DNA of 63,504 bases, the filler included, from Octopus bimaculoides (taxonomy: Eukaryota), in NCBI RefSeq assembly GCF_001194135.2. It is 4 parts of 4 records of this genome, joined end to end, with 100 filler letters (N's around TTAATTAATTAA, not from the genome) between each part and the next. Parts side by side here need not be neighbours in the genome. Positions count along the whole stretch, not along the records: positions 1 to 25,688 come from NC_068993.1; positions 25,789 to 52,801 come from NC_068989.1; 2 more parts are not named here. The stretch is one strand, 5' to 3'. The notes beneath the pieces were generated by a model. It worked only from the letters and a program-made list of their open reading frames with translations, was not told where the DNA came from and made no database searches. The position numbers were made by a program, and so were the translations under genes. Positions 13,286 to 26,879 of the stretch are shown here, one piece after another (positions within the stretch are counted from its first letter, which is position 1; the number at the start of each line of letters is the position of its first letter).

Positions 13286-15850
13286 TGCACTCGCATGCAC
13301 ATCTTAAGGGTAACACGACATACATACATTCTTAGATAGAAATGCGAGCAGAAGGAAAGGTTAAAATAATAAAAGATAAAATACAACGAAAGAACATCAA
13401 ATTGTACGAAGCTGTTCATGAGAAAAGCTTCTCTATATTCAGTATGCAATACATAATATGACCTAAATGAGGGAGCTTATACACGGTTGCTTACTCTTCT
13501 AGAAATAACAGCCGGATCTGCTCAAATTACATTCTACCTTCGAGTAGTTTATCCCTTAAAAAGGAGATGATCACTTTCGGAGTCCTTTGAAAACAAGCCT
13601 ATTAAATATGAGATGAAACAATTACTCTACATATAGTAGAATTGAATCTGATAATCGAAATGCTAGCAGGGACTGTACTTATTTTATGAAATAAATACTG
13701 GACTGTTAAGTCCACATCCGATATGCCTAAGGAAATATATACTAATTTGTTTAATTCATGTCAACGATCATTAGAATATTATAGAGCCACATGTTTGAGC
13801 GCTGGTCTATATATTGAGTATTGCGAGCGCTTAAGCTTATTGTCTGGGTAATCTTTAAGTTAAACTATCTGACGCCAAATAATGTATTCGTAAGGAAGTT
13901 TGATTCAAGTAAAGCATCAAGGACTGTAGAAATATAATCAAAAGCGATCCAGCTGTGGATACACTGACTTTTATCGCCTAATCATTGTTGATATTTTGAA
14001 CAAGACGGTCAGTACCGAAAAGCTTGGTTGTCAGTGAAGCGTTAGGTGCATTTTGGTTATTCCCGTTTAAATGGCTTCTAAATTTCATTGTACAGTGTTT
14101 GGTCGTGAATTTTAGAATTGAAAAAAAAATGTTGGTTTGATTTATATATTCGTGTTTGTAGATTTGGACATGTTTTATCATTTTTCATTGAATTTGCTTA
14201 TGTTTGGGGTTCATTATGGAATGGTAGTGCTTGGTCAAATATTGCTTTGTCGGAATAGTTTAAGGAGATTACAGGGCTTATGTTGCTGACTAGTTTCTTT
14301 ATTATTAAAGGTGGGTGGTCATTCTCTCTCCCTTTCTCTCACTCTCACTCACTCTCTCTCTCTCTGTCTCTATGTATATATATATATATATTTACACACG
14401 TATTCGTAATTCTTTGTGATTTGCATGCACTTCAGTGTTTGAGCGTGTATGCGTGTGTGCTTGCGTGTATATGTATGTGTTTGTGTGTGTGCATGTGTGT
14501 GTGAGAGGGAGAGAGAGAGAGAAAGAGATAAAATCTCGTGTGTGCGTGGCTGTTATTAAATCGTCGTCGTGTGTGTCGGTCTGCACCTAGGAGAGTTTAC
14601 ATTAAGACTTACATATATAAACATATAACACACTCCTGTTAAGAAAAAAGCCGAAAAAAACCTATGACTTTTCCCCTGTCATCTGTCCTTCCCCAAACAC
14701 CAAATGCACTCTATCACCCCTTCTCATTATCTCAACGATACAACCTCTCTCGCGGCACTTCACAGTGCTTCCATTCTGCCGGTATAACCATCGTGAAGCA
14801 CATTTCTAAAATTCAGACTCCTGTCACCTGCAACCATTTCGTGACCTCCCTGTTAACAGTTAAACATGAATTTTTATTTTGTATACATAAAGAATAATAA
14901 AAAAACTTTGCCCGGAATAACGAAGACACTGTTTAATATAATTCTCTCATTGACTACTCGCTATATATGATTTATATTTGGTATTAAATTGTTTCCATTT
15001 AAAGAGAAAATAGTAATTACTATTCTTTCATGTTCTTTGTTAGTTTATGCGCTCTGTTTTCTGAACTGGACTTAATTCGATCCACAGTCATTCAGGCACA
15101 GATCTTCTAAGGCCGCTGTGCAGCTCAAGTAAACATGTGTCTGTTTACTTAAGAAACCTGCGTATTTAATCACGCGAACGTACTATTTAACAATGTTGCC
15201 TTTACGAGGGGTGCTTGACGTGCTATAATTAGCCACTAAATCTCCCGCGTGTCGTAAAATAGCACCCAAGACAAAAGCGTTGTGGAACAACCTACAATAG
15301 CTTAATCTTAGAAATATTATGCCCAAAACCAATGAAGCAGCTCTTTCTTTCTATGTATGTATGTATGCATGTGTGTATGTATGTATGTATGTATGTGTGT
15401 ATGTATGTATGTATGTATGTATGTATGTATGCATAAATATACATATATACGTGTGTATATATGTATATACACGTAAATGTCTATGTATGCCTGTCAGATG
15501 GTCAGACAGTCATTTAAATATGTTTTTTTTTTTATTAAATATTGTTATTGTTTTTGTTGAATAAAGTTTGTTGAAAAAACGCCGCAATTATTATGCACCA
15601 ACCCAGTATTATCTTCCCCAGAAAACGTCTCAAAAAAAAAAAAGAAAATCACCCCGGGTCCTATATGCAAAGCTGGCCCTTAGGTAAGCGAATTAGGTAC
15701 CTGGCTCATTTTCTTCCTCTGTAAGCGCTGCTGAAATCGCTATACGTCTATATAACTGTGCCTCTTTAATGCCATCAAATCCGTTAGCTTTCACTCTCTA
15801 ACTCAATGATTTACCACCGGTTGTCCTAATCACGGACCCACTCCACTTAC

Positions 15851-15897
15851 TTGAAAACCATCTGGCAAGATTTGTTGAAGAGAGTTCTTTGAACCAT
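15851..15897 (-). CDS. Candidate first coding exon (MVQRTLFNKSCQMVF-K/N)
   Basis: GCC-ATG-G start context, 47-nt open frame, then a perfect GTAAGT donor. No homology recognised. Confidence 0.2.
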
Positions 15898-16304
15898 GGC
15901 TCTGTTTCGTTTCTCTCTCTCTCTCTTTTTTTTTTCTGAAACTATAACAATTCAGCGTTTATTCATTTTTTTCTAATATATTTAACTTTGACTTAAATCA
16001 TTTTCCTTTTAATTTTTTTTCTTCTCCCTTCTTTCATTTTCTTTAAGTATTTTGGCAACGTTATTTTCATTCATTTCCTTCCTTGTATCGCCGTCCTCTC
16101 CTCTTTAATAGTTTCTGACATGTTGATATTATTTTTGTAGGCTTTTCTTCATCACACATTTCCATATTTGCCTGTTACCTCTCACTCTTTGGGGCTGTTT
16201 TCCTTGTTCTGTTCATTTATGTATTCAATCTTCTTCTTATCCTTATTTTCCTTTGCGACTTCTGCTTATTCTGCTGCTGCTACTTCTACTATTTCTACTA
16301 CCAT

Positions 16305-16356
16305 TACACTACCACTACCACTACCACTACTGCTGCTGCTGTTGATGCTGCTACTG

Positions 16357-16424
<68 letters not shown>

Positions 16425-16542
16425 GCCACTACCATTACCACCACCAATACTGTTGCCGATAATGATGATGCTACTACTAATACTACTACAACTATCAAAA
16501 CACCACCACTACCAACCACTACAGCTGCTGATGATGATGACG

Positions 16543-16585
<43 letters not shown>

Positions 16586-16608
16586 AGCCACTAGCAAAAC
16601 CACTAGCA

Positions 16609-16668
<60 letters not shown>

Positions 16669-16670
16669 CA
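16305..16670. repeat. (CTA/CCA)n compound microsatellite
   Basis: Direct inspection; source of the poly-L/poly-V ORFs. Confidence 0.95.
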
Positions 16671-17502
16671 CCTTCTTGAATCTGCAATTCTACTTTACCA
16701 TTTTTTACCCTTCTCTCATCGTTTCGCTTTGTCTTTTTTTTATAATATTTTTTTAATATTTTCTTTTTATTTTCTTTCACTCCGTTCTTTACGTTTCCCT
16801 CTTCTTTAAATTGTTTTCCTTTTCCGTTCTCCGTTTCTTTTCTTTTCTTTTCTCCCCCCCCCCTTTTCCAACCAACTACAAAACCACTATGAGAATCGAC
16901 GCCATCATCATCACCACAAACACCACCATCATCATCATCATCATCATTACCACTAGCATCATAATCTGCCCGCTGTGATGATTAACCCACGCCATCACCA
17001 ACAATAACACCAATGACTAAATGGCCACCACCAGCGGGCGGAATGGAGAATTTGAGTAAGACAAACGGTGGTAAAATATAAATCGCCACAGCAGCAGCAT
17101 AATTAGAACGGCTACTAAAATCATCGCACCGCAAAAAGTATCACATCATTATCATCACCATCATCATCATCATCATCATCATCGGCATCATCATCATCGT
17201 CATCATCGTCATCGTCATCATCGTCATCGTTATAATATAATACCGTTTACAATGTAACTACCTTCACCGTCACCACCTTTGCAACCACCACCGGCACAAT
17301 CAGCATTATCATCACCACCACCATCCTCTTCCCCCTAGTCGTCGTCGTAGTAGTCATCGTCGTTGTCGTCGTCGTCGTCGTCGCCGTAGTCGTCGTCGTC
17401 ATCCCCCTCCTCCTCCTCCTCCTCCTCCTCCTCCTCCTCCTCCTCCTCATCATCATCATCATCATCATCATTCCTACCGTTCTTTTGTATCAAGTTACTT
17501 GC

Positions 17503-17546
<44 letters not shown>

Positions 17547-17695
17547 ATATCTACCTATCTATCAACCTGTCTGTCTGTCTGTCTATCTGTCTGTCTATCT
17601 GTCTGTCTATCTGTCTGTCTGCCTGTCTGTCTATATATCTATCTGTCTATTTATCTACCTTCCTACCTACCTACTTATCTCTCTCTCTCTCTCTC

Positions 17696-17748
<53 letters not shown>

Positions 17749-18086
17749 TGCATTCTATTTATCTATGTTCAAAATATAAACACCCCCTATTCCTTACATA
17801 ACATCGTCTACCGCTTGGGGTAAAAAATATGAAAACTTGGCTTTCAAAATATTCTCTGATGTTTGGTGAGTTTTGATGTTATTCCCCTTCATGACTCTGG
17901 AGATGTACGCTTGTGGCTTAACAGTAGTTTAATATTTATATATCAGAGAAACATGGTTTTCGTAGTAGAATATTAACATGATATTACAAAATATAGTGCT
18001 AAAAGCTGTGTGCAAGACAGCAGTATGCATATATGTAAATATGTATTTAAATGTGTATCTTCTTATATAGGTAATATATATATGTG

Positions 18087-18430
18087 TGGAGGCGCAATGG
18101 CCAAGCGGTTAGGGCAGTGGACTCGCAGTCATAGGATCACGGTTTCGATTCCCAGACCGGGCGCTGTGAGTGTTTATTGAGCGAAAACACCTAGAGCACC
18201 ACGAGGCTCCGGCAGGGGATGATGGCGAACCCTGCTGTACTTCTTTCTTCTCACTATTTCTTCCTGTTTCTGTTGTGCCTGTAATTCAAAGGGTCAGCCT
18301 TGTCACGCTGTATATCCCCGAGAACTACGTTAAGGGTACACGTGTCTGTGGAGTGCTCAGCCACTTGCACGTTAATTTAACAAGCAGGCTGTTCCGTTGA
18401 TCGGATCAACTGGAACCCTCGACGTCGTAA
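18087..18430 (+). mobile_element. tRNA-derived SINE (family A)
   Basis: Head GGAGGCGCAATGGCCAAGCGGTTAGGGCAGTGGACTCGC...GGTTTCGATTCCC with A/B-box-like motifs; matches 7503-7870. Confidence 0.85.
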
Positions 18431-18899
18431 AACTACATATGTATATATATTTATACACACACAAGTATACGTTTTATTACGTATGAAGGAGCTTTTCCGT
18501 TTGGCCGCCAGCATTTCAAAAGTTTATCGAAAATTTTAAAATTTCACACATTAATGTACTTTTCCAAGCTGAATTGCTGGAGTTATTTCACTTTTTCCAG
18601 AAAAAATATTTTAAAAATCTTATAGAGCTTTAAATTATAATCATTTCCACCCAGACAGAAAACAGGATTTGGACGTTTTTATTTTGATCGTGACTGTATC
18701 TTTTGTTGTCAACATCCTGAAAATGGCATGTGTTTATAATATTTGTACTCTGCACGCGGAAAACGGGTAAGCAACAGGTCTTTTGTAGTTTGAAGCATTC
18801 AGTATGCGTTTAATGTGATAGCACGAACTTAAGAGATTTATCCAAAAACGTTATTTAGCTGTTATTTATAGCACACTTCACAACCAGCTCTCTTTTCCT

Positions 18900-19097
18900 C
18901 TTTTACTCTTTTACTTGTTTCAGTGATATGACTGCGGCTATGCTGGAGCACCACCTTTAATCGAACAAATCGACCCCAGGACTTATTCTTTGTAAGCCTA
19001 GTACTTATTCTATCGTTCTATTTTGCCAAACTGCTAAGTTCGGCTAAGTTACGGGGACGTAAACACACCAGCATACACACACACACACACAGACACA

Positions 19098-19143
<46 letters not shown>

Positions 19144-19262
19144 NNNNNNNNNNNNATATATATATATATATATACATATATATGACGAGATTCTTTCAGT
19201 TTCGTCTACCAAATCCACTCACAAGTCTTTGGTCGGCCCGAGGCTATAGTAGAAGGAGAGTG
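18900..19262 (-). mobile_element. SINE family C with internal (CA)/(TA) microsatellite
   Basis: Reverse complement of head-proximal and tail parts of 30640-31085. Confidence 0.85.
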
Positions 19263-19375
19263 CTACTGACAGCAGTATTAAAAGCAAATCTAACCCAACT
19301 GAAATTAAAGTCTGACCTGTGTCATACAATGAAGCGTAGGATCCTGGAAAAAATACATCTATACGACTTCTATTA

Positions 19376-19571
19376 ACGAGGTGGGCTGAAAAGTTCTTGG
19401 TTTTAAAGCTAACACAGAAAGTCTCGTTGGAGGTCCAAACTTCCAAGTTCTTTTACAGGGCTTAGAGAAATTGAACGACCGTTGTTATAAGTGTGTGAAC
19501 ATGAGACCGCAACATGTTGAGTAAAATCATAATTAACTAATCCTCCTGATTTTCTTTTCAGCACACCCTCG
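19376..19571 (+). mobile_element. mariner-derived MITE (about 196 bp)
   Basis: TIRs ACGAGGTGGGCTGAAAAG / CTTTTCAGCACACCCTCG. Interior encodes LQGLEKLNDRCYKCVNMRPQHVE*, resembling the mariner transposase C-terminus. Confidence 0.75.
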
Positions 19572-20300
19572 CATATATTCTGGACACTACTGTCACATGA
19601 AAAGTACCACATATGAATGGAAAAAAAGTTTAGCAGTTCTTCACCTCAGATTTCGCTGAGACGTTCTCTTTTTTCCTTACATAATTTATTAAATTTACTT
19701 TTTCGTCCTACGTATAATTACTCCATCTTTGATGCAGGATAATTATGTCTAATCATATTTAACATTTAGACGGAAGAATGATTTTTAATAAATAACATAG
19801 CTCCCCATTATGCAATGTGGAGATAAACGCGGCGACAAAGCCGAGTCTGCGATGCCTATACAAATCCACCATATAATCCAATTTGCCTTGATGTAATATC
19901 TGTATAAAATTACTTATTACTAATAATGACTCTTAACTTCTTAGATAAACCGTTACATACAAATGTATTTGTACGAACAGACCATCATAAAGGTAGTATA
20001 TTATTTCAACATTTTATAAGCAGAAACCACTTAAAATATAGCAAATATATATATTATATATAGCTTATGCGTATATCTACATGTGTGTGTGTGTGTGTGT
20101 GTGTATGTGTGTGTGTGTGTGTGTGAATGGGTGTGCACTAAATGAGCAGGTTTTGGGGGTTTGTTTGTCTGACTTTTGTGTGTATGATTACTACATCAAA
20201 AAATACTAACGGATATGCTTCCTTCATATATTATGTATTTGGTTACCTATCTGAACGTCTCAAAGCAGCTAACTAATGGGTATTTTTTTCGTTTATGGCA

Positions 20301-20332
<32 letters not shown>

Positions 20333-20663
20333 NNNNNNNNNNNNNNNNNNNNNNNNNNNNNNNNNNNNNNNNNNNNNNNNNNNNNNNNNNNNNNNNNNNN
20401 NNNNNNNNNNNNNNNNNNNNNNNNNNNNNNNNNNNNNNNNNNNNNNNNNNNNNNNNNNNNNNNNNNNNNNNNNNNNNNNNNNNNNNNNNNNNNNNNNNNN
20501 NNNNNNNNNNNNNNNNNNNNNNNNNNNNATATATACATATATATATATGTGTATATATATATATACATATATGTACATATATATATATACATATATATAC
20601 ATATATATATGCACACACACACACGTATACATATATATATACATATACATATATATATGTATA

Positions 20664-20705
<42 letters not shown>

Positions 20706-20787
20706 CATATATTTATATATACACATATGTATATATATATACACATAAATATAAATATATATATATAAACATAAATATATATATACT

Positions 20788-20863
<76 letters not shown>

Positions 20864-21679
20864 CATATATAATACATGTATATATAATTATATCTCTCTA
20901 TATAATGTAACAGGCCTGTACTTCCATAACCACATATTAATTTTTCCAGACGAGACACATTCAAATCTGAATCGTTTGAAATAGCTTAATTTTATATTTG
21001 ATTAGGTGTAACTCTTTGTGGCCGACAGATAGTTTAGTGCAAGTGAATTTCATCTCGACTATAATACAGCAATTTGATAGCTTCACACCATCTGACTTAA
21101 AATTTTTCGTTAAATGCAACTTGACTTCGCGTTGTGACTGTCTCTCTCTCATTCAATTGCCCTCTCTGTCTCTCTCTCTCTTCTACTTCCTCTTCTAGAA
21201 CATTCTCTATGCATCGTTATCTTCACCAATCTCCTTGCTTCTCTCTCTACCGCTCTCAATAAAATAATTGTCGGATATTTTTTTTTATTAGCGACCGAAA
21301 GGTTAGTCTTGCTTTTACTACTAAGTGCTGGTAAATTCTTCACGATATGAATTTCTCAGCTTAATGCAAATTAAAAAAAAATATCCTCGTTGTAAGAGAT
21401 GAGCGTAACCGATTGAATCAAATCAATTATATTCATTTATAATATTGTGGTACTGATTTTATCGATTCAGATATGATGAAAAGCCAAGATCCTTCTATGA
21501 AAGTCACATGTGTGAGGGTAAATTCATTTGTCTAATTCCTGCATAAAGTTTTCTTTCGCAATATATTTACGCTAGAATATCCAAAGTTAATCTATCCATT
21601 TATGGATCTGTAAACTATTTTATTATTGTAGTATTTGTTTTAACTTTTGCTCTCAGGAATTATGAAAACCTAACATGCG

Positions 21680-22240
21680 GTTGCAGTTGTGGCGGCTGCA
21701 GTTCTGGCGGCTGCAGTTGTGACGGCTGCAGTTGTGGCGGCTGCAGCTGTGGCAGCTGCAGTTGTGGCGGCTGCAGTTGTGGCGGCTGCAGTTGTAGCGG
21801 CTACAGCTGTGGCGGCTGCAGTTGTGGCGGCTGCAGTTGTGGCGGCTGCAGNNNNNNNNNNNNNNNNNNNNNNNNNNNNNNNNNNNNNNNNNNNNNNNNN
21901 NNNNNNNNNNNNNNNNNNNNNNNNNNNNNNNNNNNNNNNNNNNNNNNNNNNNNNNNNNNNNNNNNNNNNNNNNNNNNNNNNNNNNNNNNNNNNNNNNNNN
22001 NNNNNNNNNNNNNNNNNNNNNNNNNNNNNNNNNNNNNNNNNNNNNNNNNNNNNNNNNNNNNNNNNNNNNNNNNNNNNNNNNNNNNNNNNNNNNNNNNNNN
22101 NNNNNNNNNNNNNNNNNNNNNNNNNNNNNNNNNNNNNNNNNNNNNNNNNNNNNNNNNNNNNNNNNNNNNNNNNNNNNNNNNNNNNNNNNNNNNNNNNNNN
22201 NNNNNNNNNCCTGTTGCCGCCGCTGCTGTTGCGACAGTAT
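21680..22240. repeat. GC-rich 15-bp minisatellite (GCAGTTGTGGCGGCT)n, interrupted by a gap
   Basis: About 11 visible units before the N gap; related GC-rich sequence after it. Confidence 0.9.
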
Positions 22241-22463
22241 TTCCTTTGGGTTAACCCTGATTCACAGCCGTATAATTAAAGATATTCAAACTCTGACTAT
22301 ACCATAAATTAAATATAGAATTATATTTTCAAGTCTAGAATTAAATCTATCATGTGTGAATTTCTCATTATCAAAACTAGTAGTGTGTGATTTTAGAGAT
22401 ATTTCTTGCTATATCTTGTACATGTGATGATTATTCTTGGTTTTGTGAAATAATAAAAGTATA

Positions 22464-23330
22464 TATCGAGTCATCCCATAAAGAATGTTATTTTCTTATA
22501 CTTTTATTTGTCAAAATTAAGATAAACGAAGTTCTTTTTTAATCTAAATTATACTCTCCTTCATTTTCTACAATGCTATTCCATCTATCTGGTAGACTCG
22601 GAAAGCCCCTCTTCTAAAATCCACTTGCACGTACTGTTCTGACCTCATCTACAGAATTCATTTTTTTTTACGTTAAAACGATTTTAAAGACTGCAGAATA
22701 AATGATAATCAGATGGGTAACTGTCCGTCGAATATGGTGGGTAGGGCTGGCATCATTTCTCATTCAAACTCCTTCAACCATTAGAATATCATCCTCGCTA
22801 TATGTGGCCGAGCATTGTCCTGATGGGCGAACACCTTTCATCTTGAAACCAAAGTTTGTCGTTTTTCTTCTAGCACTGATTTAAGCCGCTCAAGCTGCTG
22901 GTAGCCAATCCCCTTTATTATCGTTTAGTTTGGGTTTTAAATGTTCAAAATTGACTAAACCTTTCGTATCCCACCAAACATATAACAACAGCTTACGTGA
23001 GTAAAGACCTTCGTTAGCCTGGTGTGCTGGTGTTTCTCTTTTCCCTACTCATTGTTTTCGGCGCTTGACATTTTTATAGAGAACCCACTTCTCGTTACGA
23101 GTCACTATTCGACCCAAAATTGTTCATTCGTGACAGGTGACAGCAAAGAAGAGCACATATTCATTCTCTGCGCGCGATTATACTAGGAAAGTGTGTGAGG
23201 AACATGACCCAATTTAATGACTTTTCCGATGGCACGCAGGTGTCGATGAATGGTTGAATGACTAAATCCAGAATTCTCTGCTAGTTCTTCAGCAGTTACG
23301 ATGAGAAATCGATAAAAAGAGTGTAGTAAA
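22464..23330 (-). mobile_element. mariner (DD34D) transposase pseudogene
   Basis: HLRAIGKVIKLGHVPHTL; IVTRNEKWVLY; LYVWWDTKG; HQDNARPH; PPYS...PSDYHLF; LPDRWNSIVENEGEY, with stops and frameshifts. TIR-like TATCGAGTCATCCCATAA at 22464. Confidence 0.85.
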
Positions 23331-23475
23331 CTTGCCATGTGAAGTGATAAATTAAGCATTTCGGACAGTAAGCTTCTTCAGGGAGAAGTTGAAAGAAGAG
23401 AATTAAAGAAACGACTGCTCAGTTTTAGATGCTCGAAAAACAGATAAAAGAACATGGGTTTGAGGATAAAATGCT

Positions 23476-23553
<78 letters not shown>

Positions 23554-24232
23554 GCTTTTTCTCAAATTTTCCCAGGAAACGTTGCCGGAAACGTTGAATT
23601 TTCTAATCTTCACAGTAAGTTCACTGTACACTAATTTTTACTGATTTCACTACACAATAGTGGTTTGACTAACACCAGTTTCTTAGAAATCTGTTTGACC
23701 ATGTATGTGTGTATATATTTATGTATGTATTTATCTCTATATATCTATCCATCTATCTATCTATCTATCTATCTTTCTATATATCTATCTATCTATCTAG
23801 TCTCTGAAGAGTCTCAAAATAGTAACGAATGTGAAGCACATTTCTAAAAAATTTCTACATGAAGCACTTTCAGATAACAGAGTGTAGAATAAGTTATCCC
23901 CAGGCAGAGATGAAAAGATGCTTGAAGCTTAAATGATTATCATCATAAGTTTGCTACGACATAACCAACTCGGGGAAAATCAACAAGTCTTCAACATAAG
24001 TCTAAACAATTTCCGTTGATGTACAGCTTTAAAAAAAAAAAGAAAAAAGAACAGATGAACATCACTAGTGAAATGCTAATACATATTTAATAAGGAGGTG
24101 AATGACAGAGTCGGTATGAGTGGCCATGAACCTGAGAGCAGGTGAAATTTCCAAGTAAATATTCTAAGCTGCTTAGGCCAGTGCAGTATAATTACAGTCA
24201 TTCTAGCATCTTATATTAATGTCAATGCACAA

Positions 24233-24270
<38 letters not shown>

Positions 24271-24327
24271 GTATGTGTGATTGTGTATGTGTGTATCTCT
24301 GTGTGTGTGCATCCGTGTGCATGCATA

Positions 24328-24374
<47 letters not shown>

Positions 24375-25376
24375 NNNNNNNNNNNNNNNNNNNNNNNNNN
24401 NNNNNNNNNNNNNNNNNNNNNNNNNNNNNNNNNNNNNNNNNNNNNNNNNNNNNNNNNNNNNNNNNNNNNNNNNNNNNNNNNNNNNNNNNNNNNNNNNNNN
24501 NNNNNNNNNNNNNNNNNNNNNNNNNNNNNNNNNNNNNNNNNNNNNNNNNNNNNNNNNNNNNNNNNNNNNNNNNNNNNNNNNNNNNNNNNNNNNNNNNNNN
24601 NNNNNNNNNNNNNNNNNNNNNNNNNNNNNNNNNNNNNNNNNNNNNNNNNNNNNNNNNNNNNNNNNNNNNNNNNNNNNNNNNNNNNNNNNNNNNNNNNNNN
24701 NNNNNNNNNNNNNNNNNNNNNNNNNNNNNNNNNNNNNNNNNNNNNNNNNNNNNNNNGTATGTATGTATGTATTTATGTGTGTGCGTGTGTGTGCGTGTGT
24801 GCGTGTTTGTGTGTGTGTGTGTGTGTAAATGTATTCATAGGTATAGATATTCATGTACATACAAATATTTGTCTTTTTATATGCGCGCAGACACACATAC
24901 ACCCACACCCACACCCACACACACCCATACACCCATACACACACATACATGTATATATATATATATATATCATACGTATATACTAGAAGAAGCTAAGTCG
25001 ATAATGGAATGTGCTTATGTGGATGTATCCCAGTGTGCGGGCGTATATATGACTGTGTGTTCATAAATATATACGTAAAACAAAAATATTAGAAATATAA
25101 TAGGTAAAACAAAGGAGAAACTGGAAAAACATACTTAAACATACATAAAATTGTATTAATGACAAAATACTTCGAAAACGAGGGGAAACATTAAGAAGGT
25201 AAATATAAGGAAGAAAATGTGAAAAAAAAAAAAAGCTTGTAGACGAGAAAGACAGAGAAATATAGAACTGACAGAAATGCACGTTATTCAGGGACACACA
25301 TTTGTATTCATACGCGCTCTCGTACAAAAACATAATTATATATATATATATATAGACACATGTATCTGTGCTATTC

Positions 25377-25414
<38 letters not shown>

Positions 25415-25424
25415 NNNNNNNNNN

Positions 25425-25464
<40 letters not shown>

Positions 25465-25651
25465 ACATATACATGCATATGCATATACATGCACATACAT
25501 ATATAGATAGTAATATAGGCATGTGGTATCTCTATGCATATAGATACAGAGAGATACACGCTCACACAGACACACACGCATGCATAGACACACATACACA
25601 CACATATATATACATATATATATGTACATACACACAGAGATACACACACAG

Positions 25652-25688
<37 letters not shown>

Positions 25689-25788
25689 NNNNNNNNNNNN
25701 NNNNNNNNNNNNNNNNNNNNNNNNNNNNNNNNTTAATTAATTAANNNNNNNNNNNNNNNNNNNNNNNNNNNNNNNNNNNNNNNNNNNN
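25689..25788. other. Artificial scaffold spacer N44-TTAATTAATTAA-N44
   Basis: Exactly 100 bp with a six-frame-stop palindrome; identical at three sites. Confidence 0.95.
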
Positions 25789-25802
25789 TATATATATGCT
25801 CA

Positions 25803-25844
<42 letters not shown>

Positions 25845-26879
25845 CTCGTATGAATGTACACACAAAATAGATTAAAAATCAACAAGGAAGGCGCCTATGC
25901 CTTAAATACTTCCGTGATATAGCCGAATCATAAATCGAAAGTAGAATCATTCGTTTGGTATTTGGCTTTGCTTCACAAGACTCCATTGTATGAAAGCATA
26001 TGTCTATAGGCATTATTGTTATCAACAAGAACAGATATATAGAATGTAACTATTCATCGCTATTTATACACCCCTTAATTATTTCGATCCAACTTTCAAA
26101 ATATATTCATATCTTATTTTTCACATTGTATTTTTTTTTCACTGATTTTCTTTTTTCGCCTGTGTCTGTAACAATGAACGCATTAAATATTGATATTTCT
26201 GCACATTTATTTTGAGGTATGATATGTAATTTAGCATTATTTATTTCTTTTCTACAAATAACAAGACAATTATGTGTTGCCGCGTTTTTAGAAAATCAAA
26301 TTTTGTTAGTATTTAATATTTTTTTTCTTTCAAAATTAAATGTTTATGTCTACGTGGAGAGAACAAAATATCTCACTGCTTCTAGGTTTTCATGTGCTTT
26401 CTCTATTATCTTTTATCGTTTTCTGATTTCGATCAATTGACTGCGGCCCATGCAGTTCTTAAATCGTCCCCAGTTCTTAAAATATATTTTTTCTAAGTCT
26501 TGTAATTATTCCCTGGACACCAATTGCCGGACGGCTGATTTACACATAATATATATATATGTATATATACACGTTGTCTTCCACGCACTTTTTCCCCTCG
26601 ACCAAATTTACTTCTCGTCATTTCTCGTCGGTGTTAATTTTTGCCCCTTATAATATTTACGTGTAATCTTCAGAAAAGGTACGTGGTACGATGTGCGGAT
26701 CTCTTCTGGTTGGATCACACTTTTCAATTCCTTTAATTTTGTTCCAATTGATTTCAAATTTGGTGTATTGATGATATTTTGTATGCTAATTACGGAAATG
26801 AAATTCAATTTTGCCATAAATTAATAAATAAAAGGTTAATAGCTTTTAAATTTTCCCATTTTGAGTAATTTTAGCAAAC

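Noticed and set aside
23085-23140. Apparent plus-strand mini-exon
   Set aside because: Lies on the antisense strand of the mariner pseudogene.
23355-23390. Minus-strand CTGAAGAAG...CCGAAATG hammerhead-like trace
   Set aside because: Helices I and II do not pair; at most an eroded Penelope terminus.
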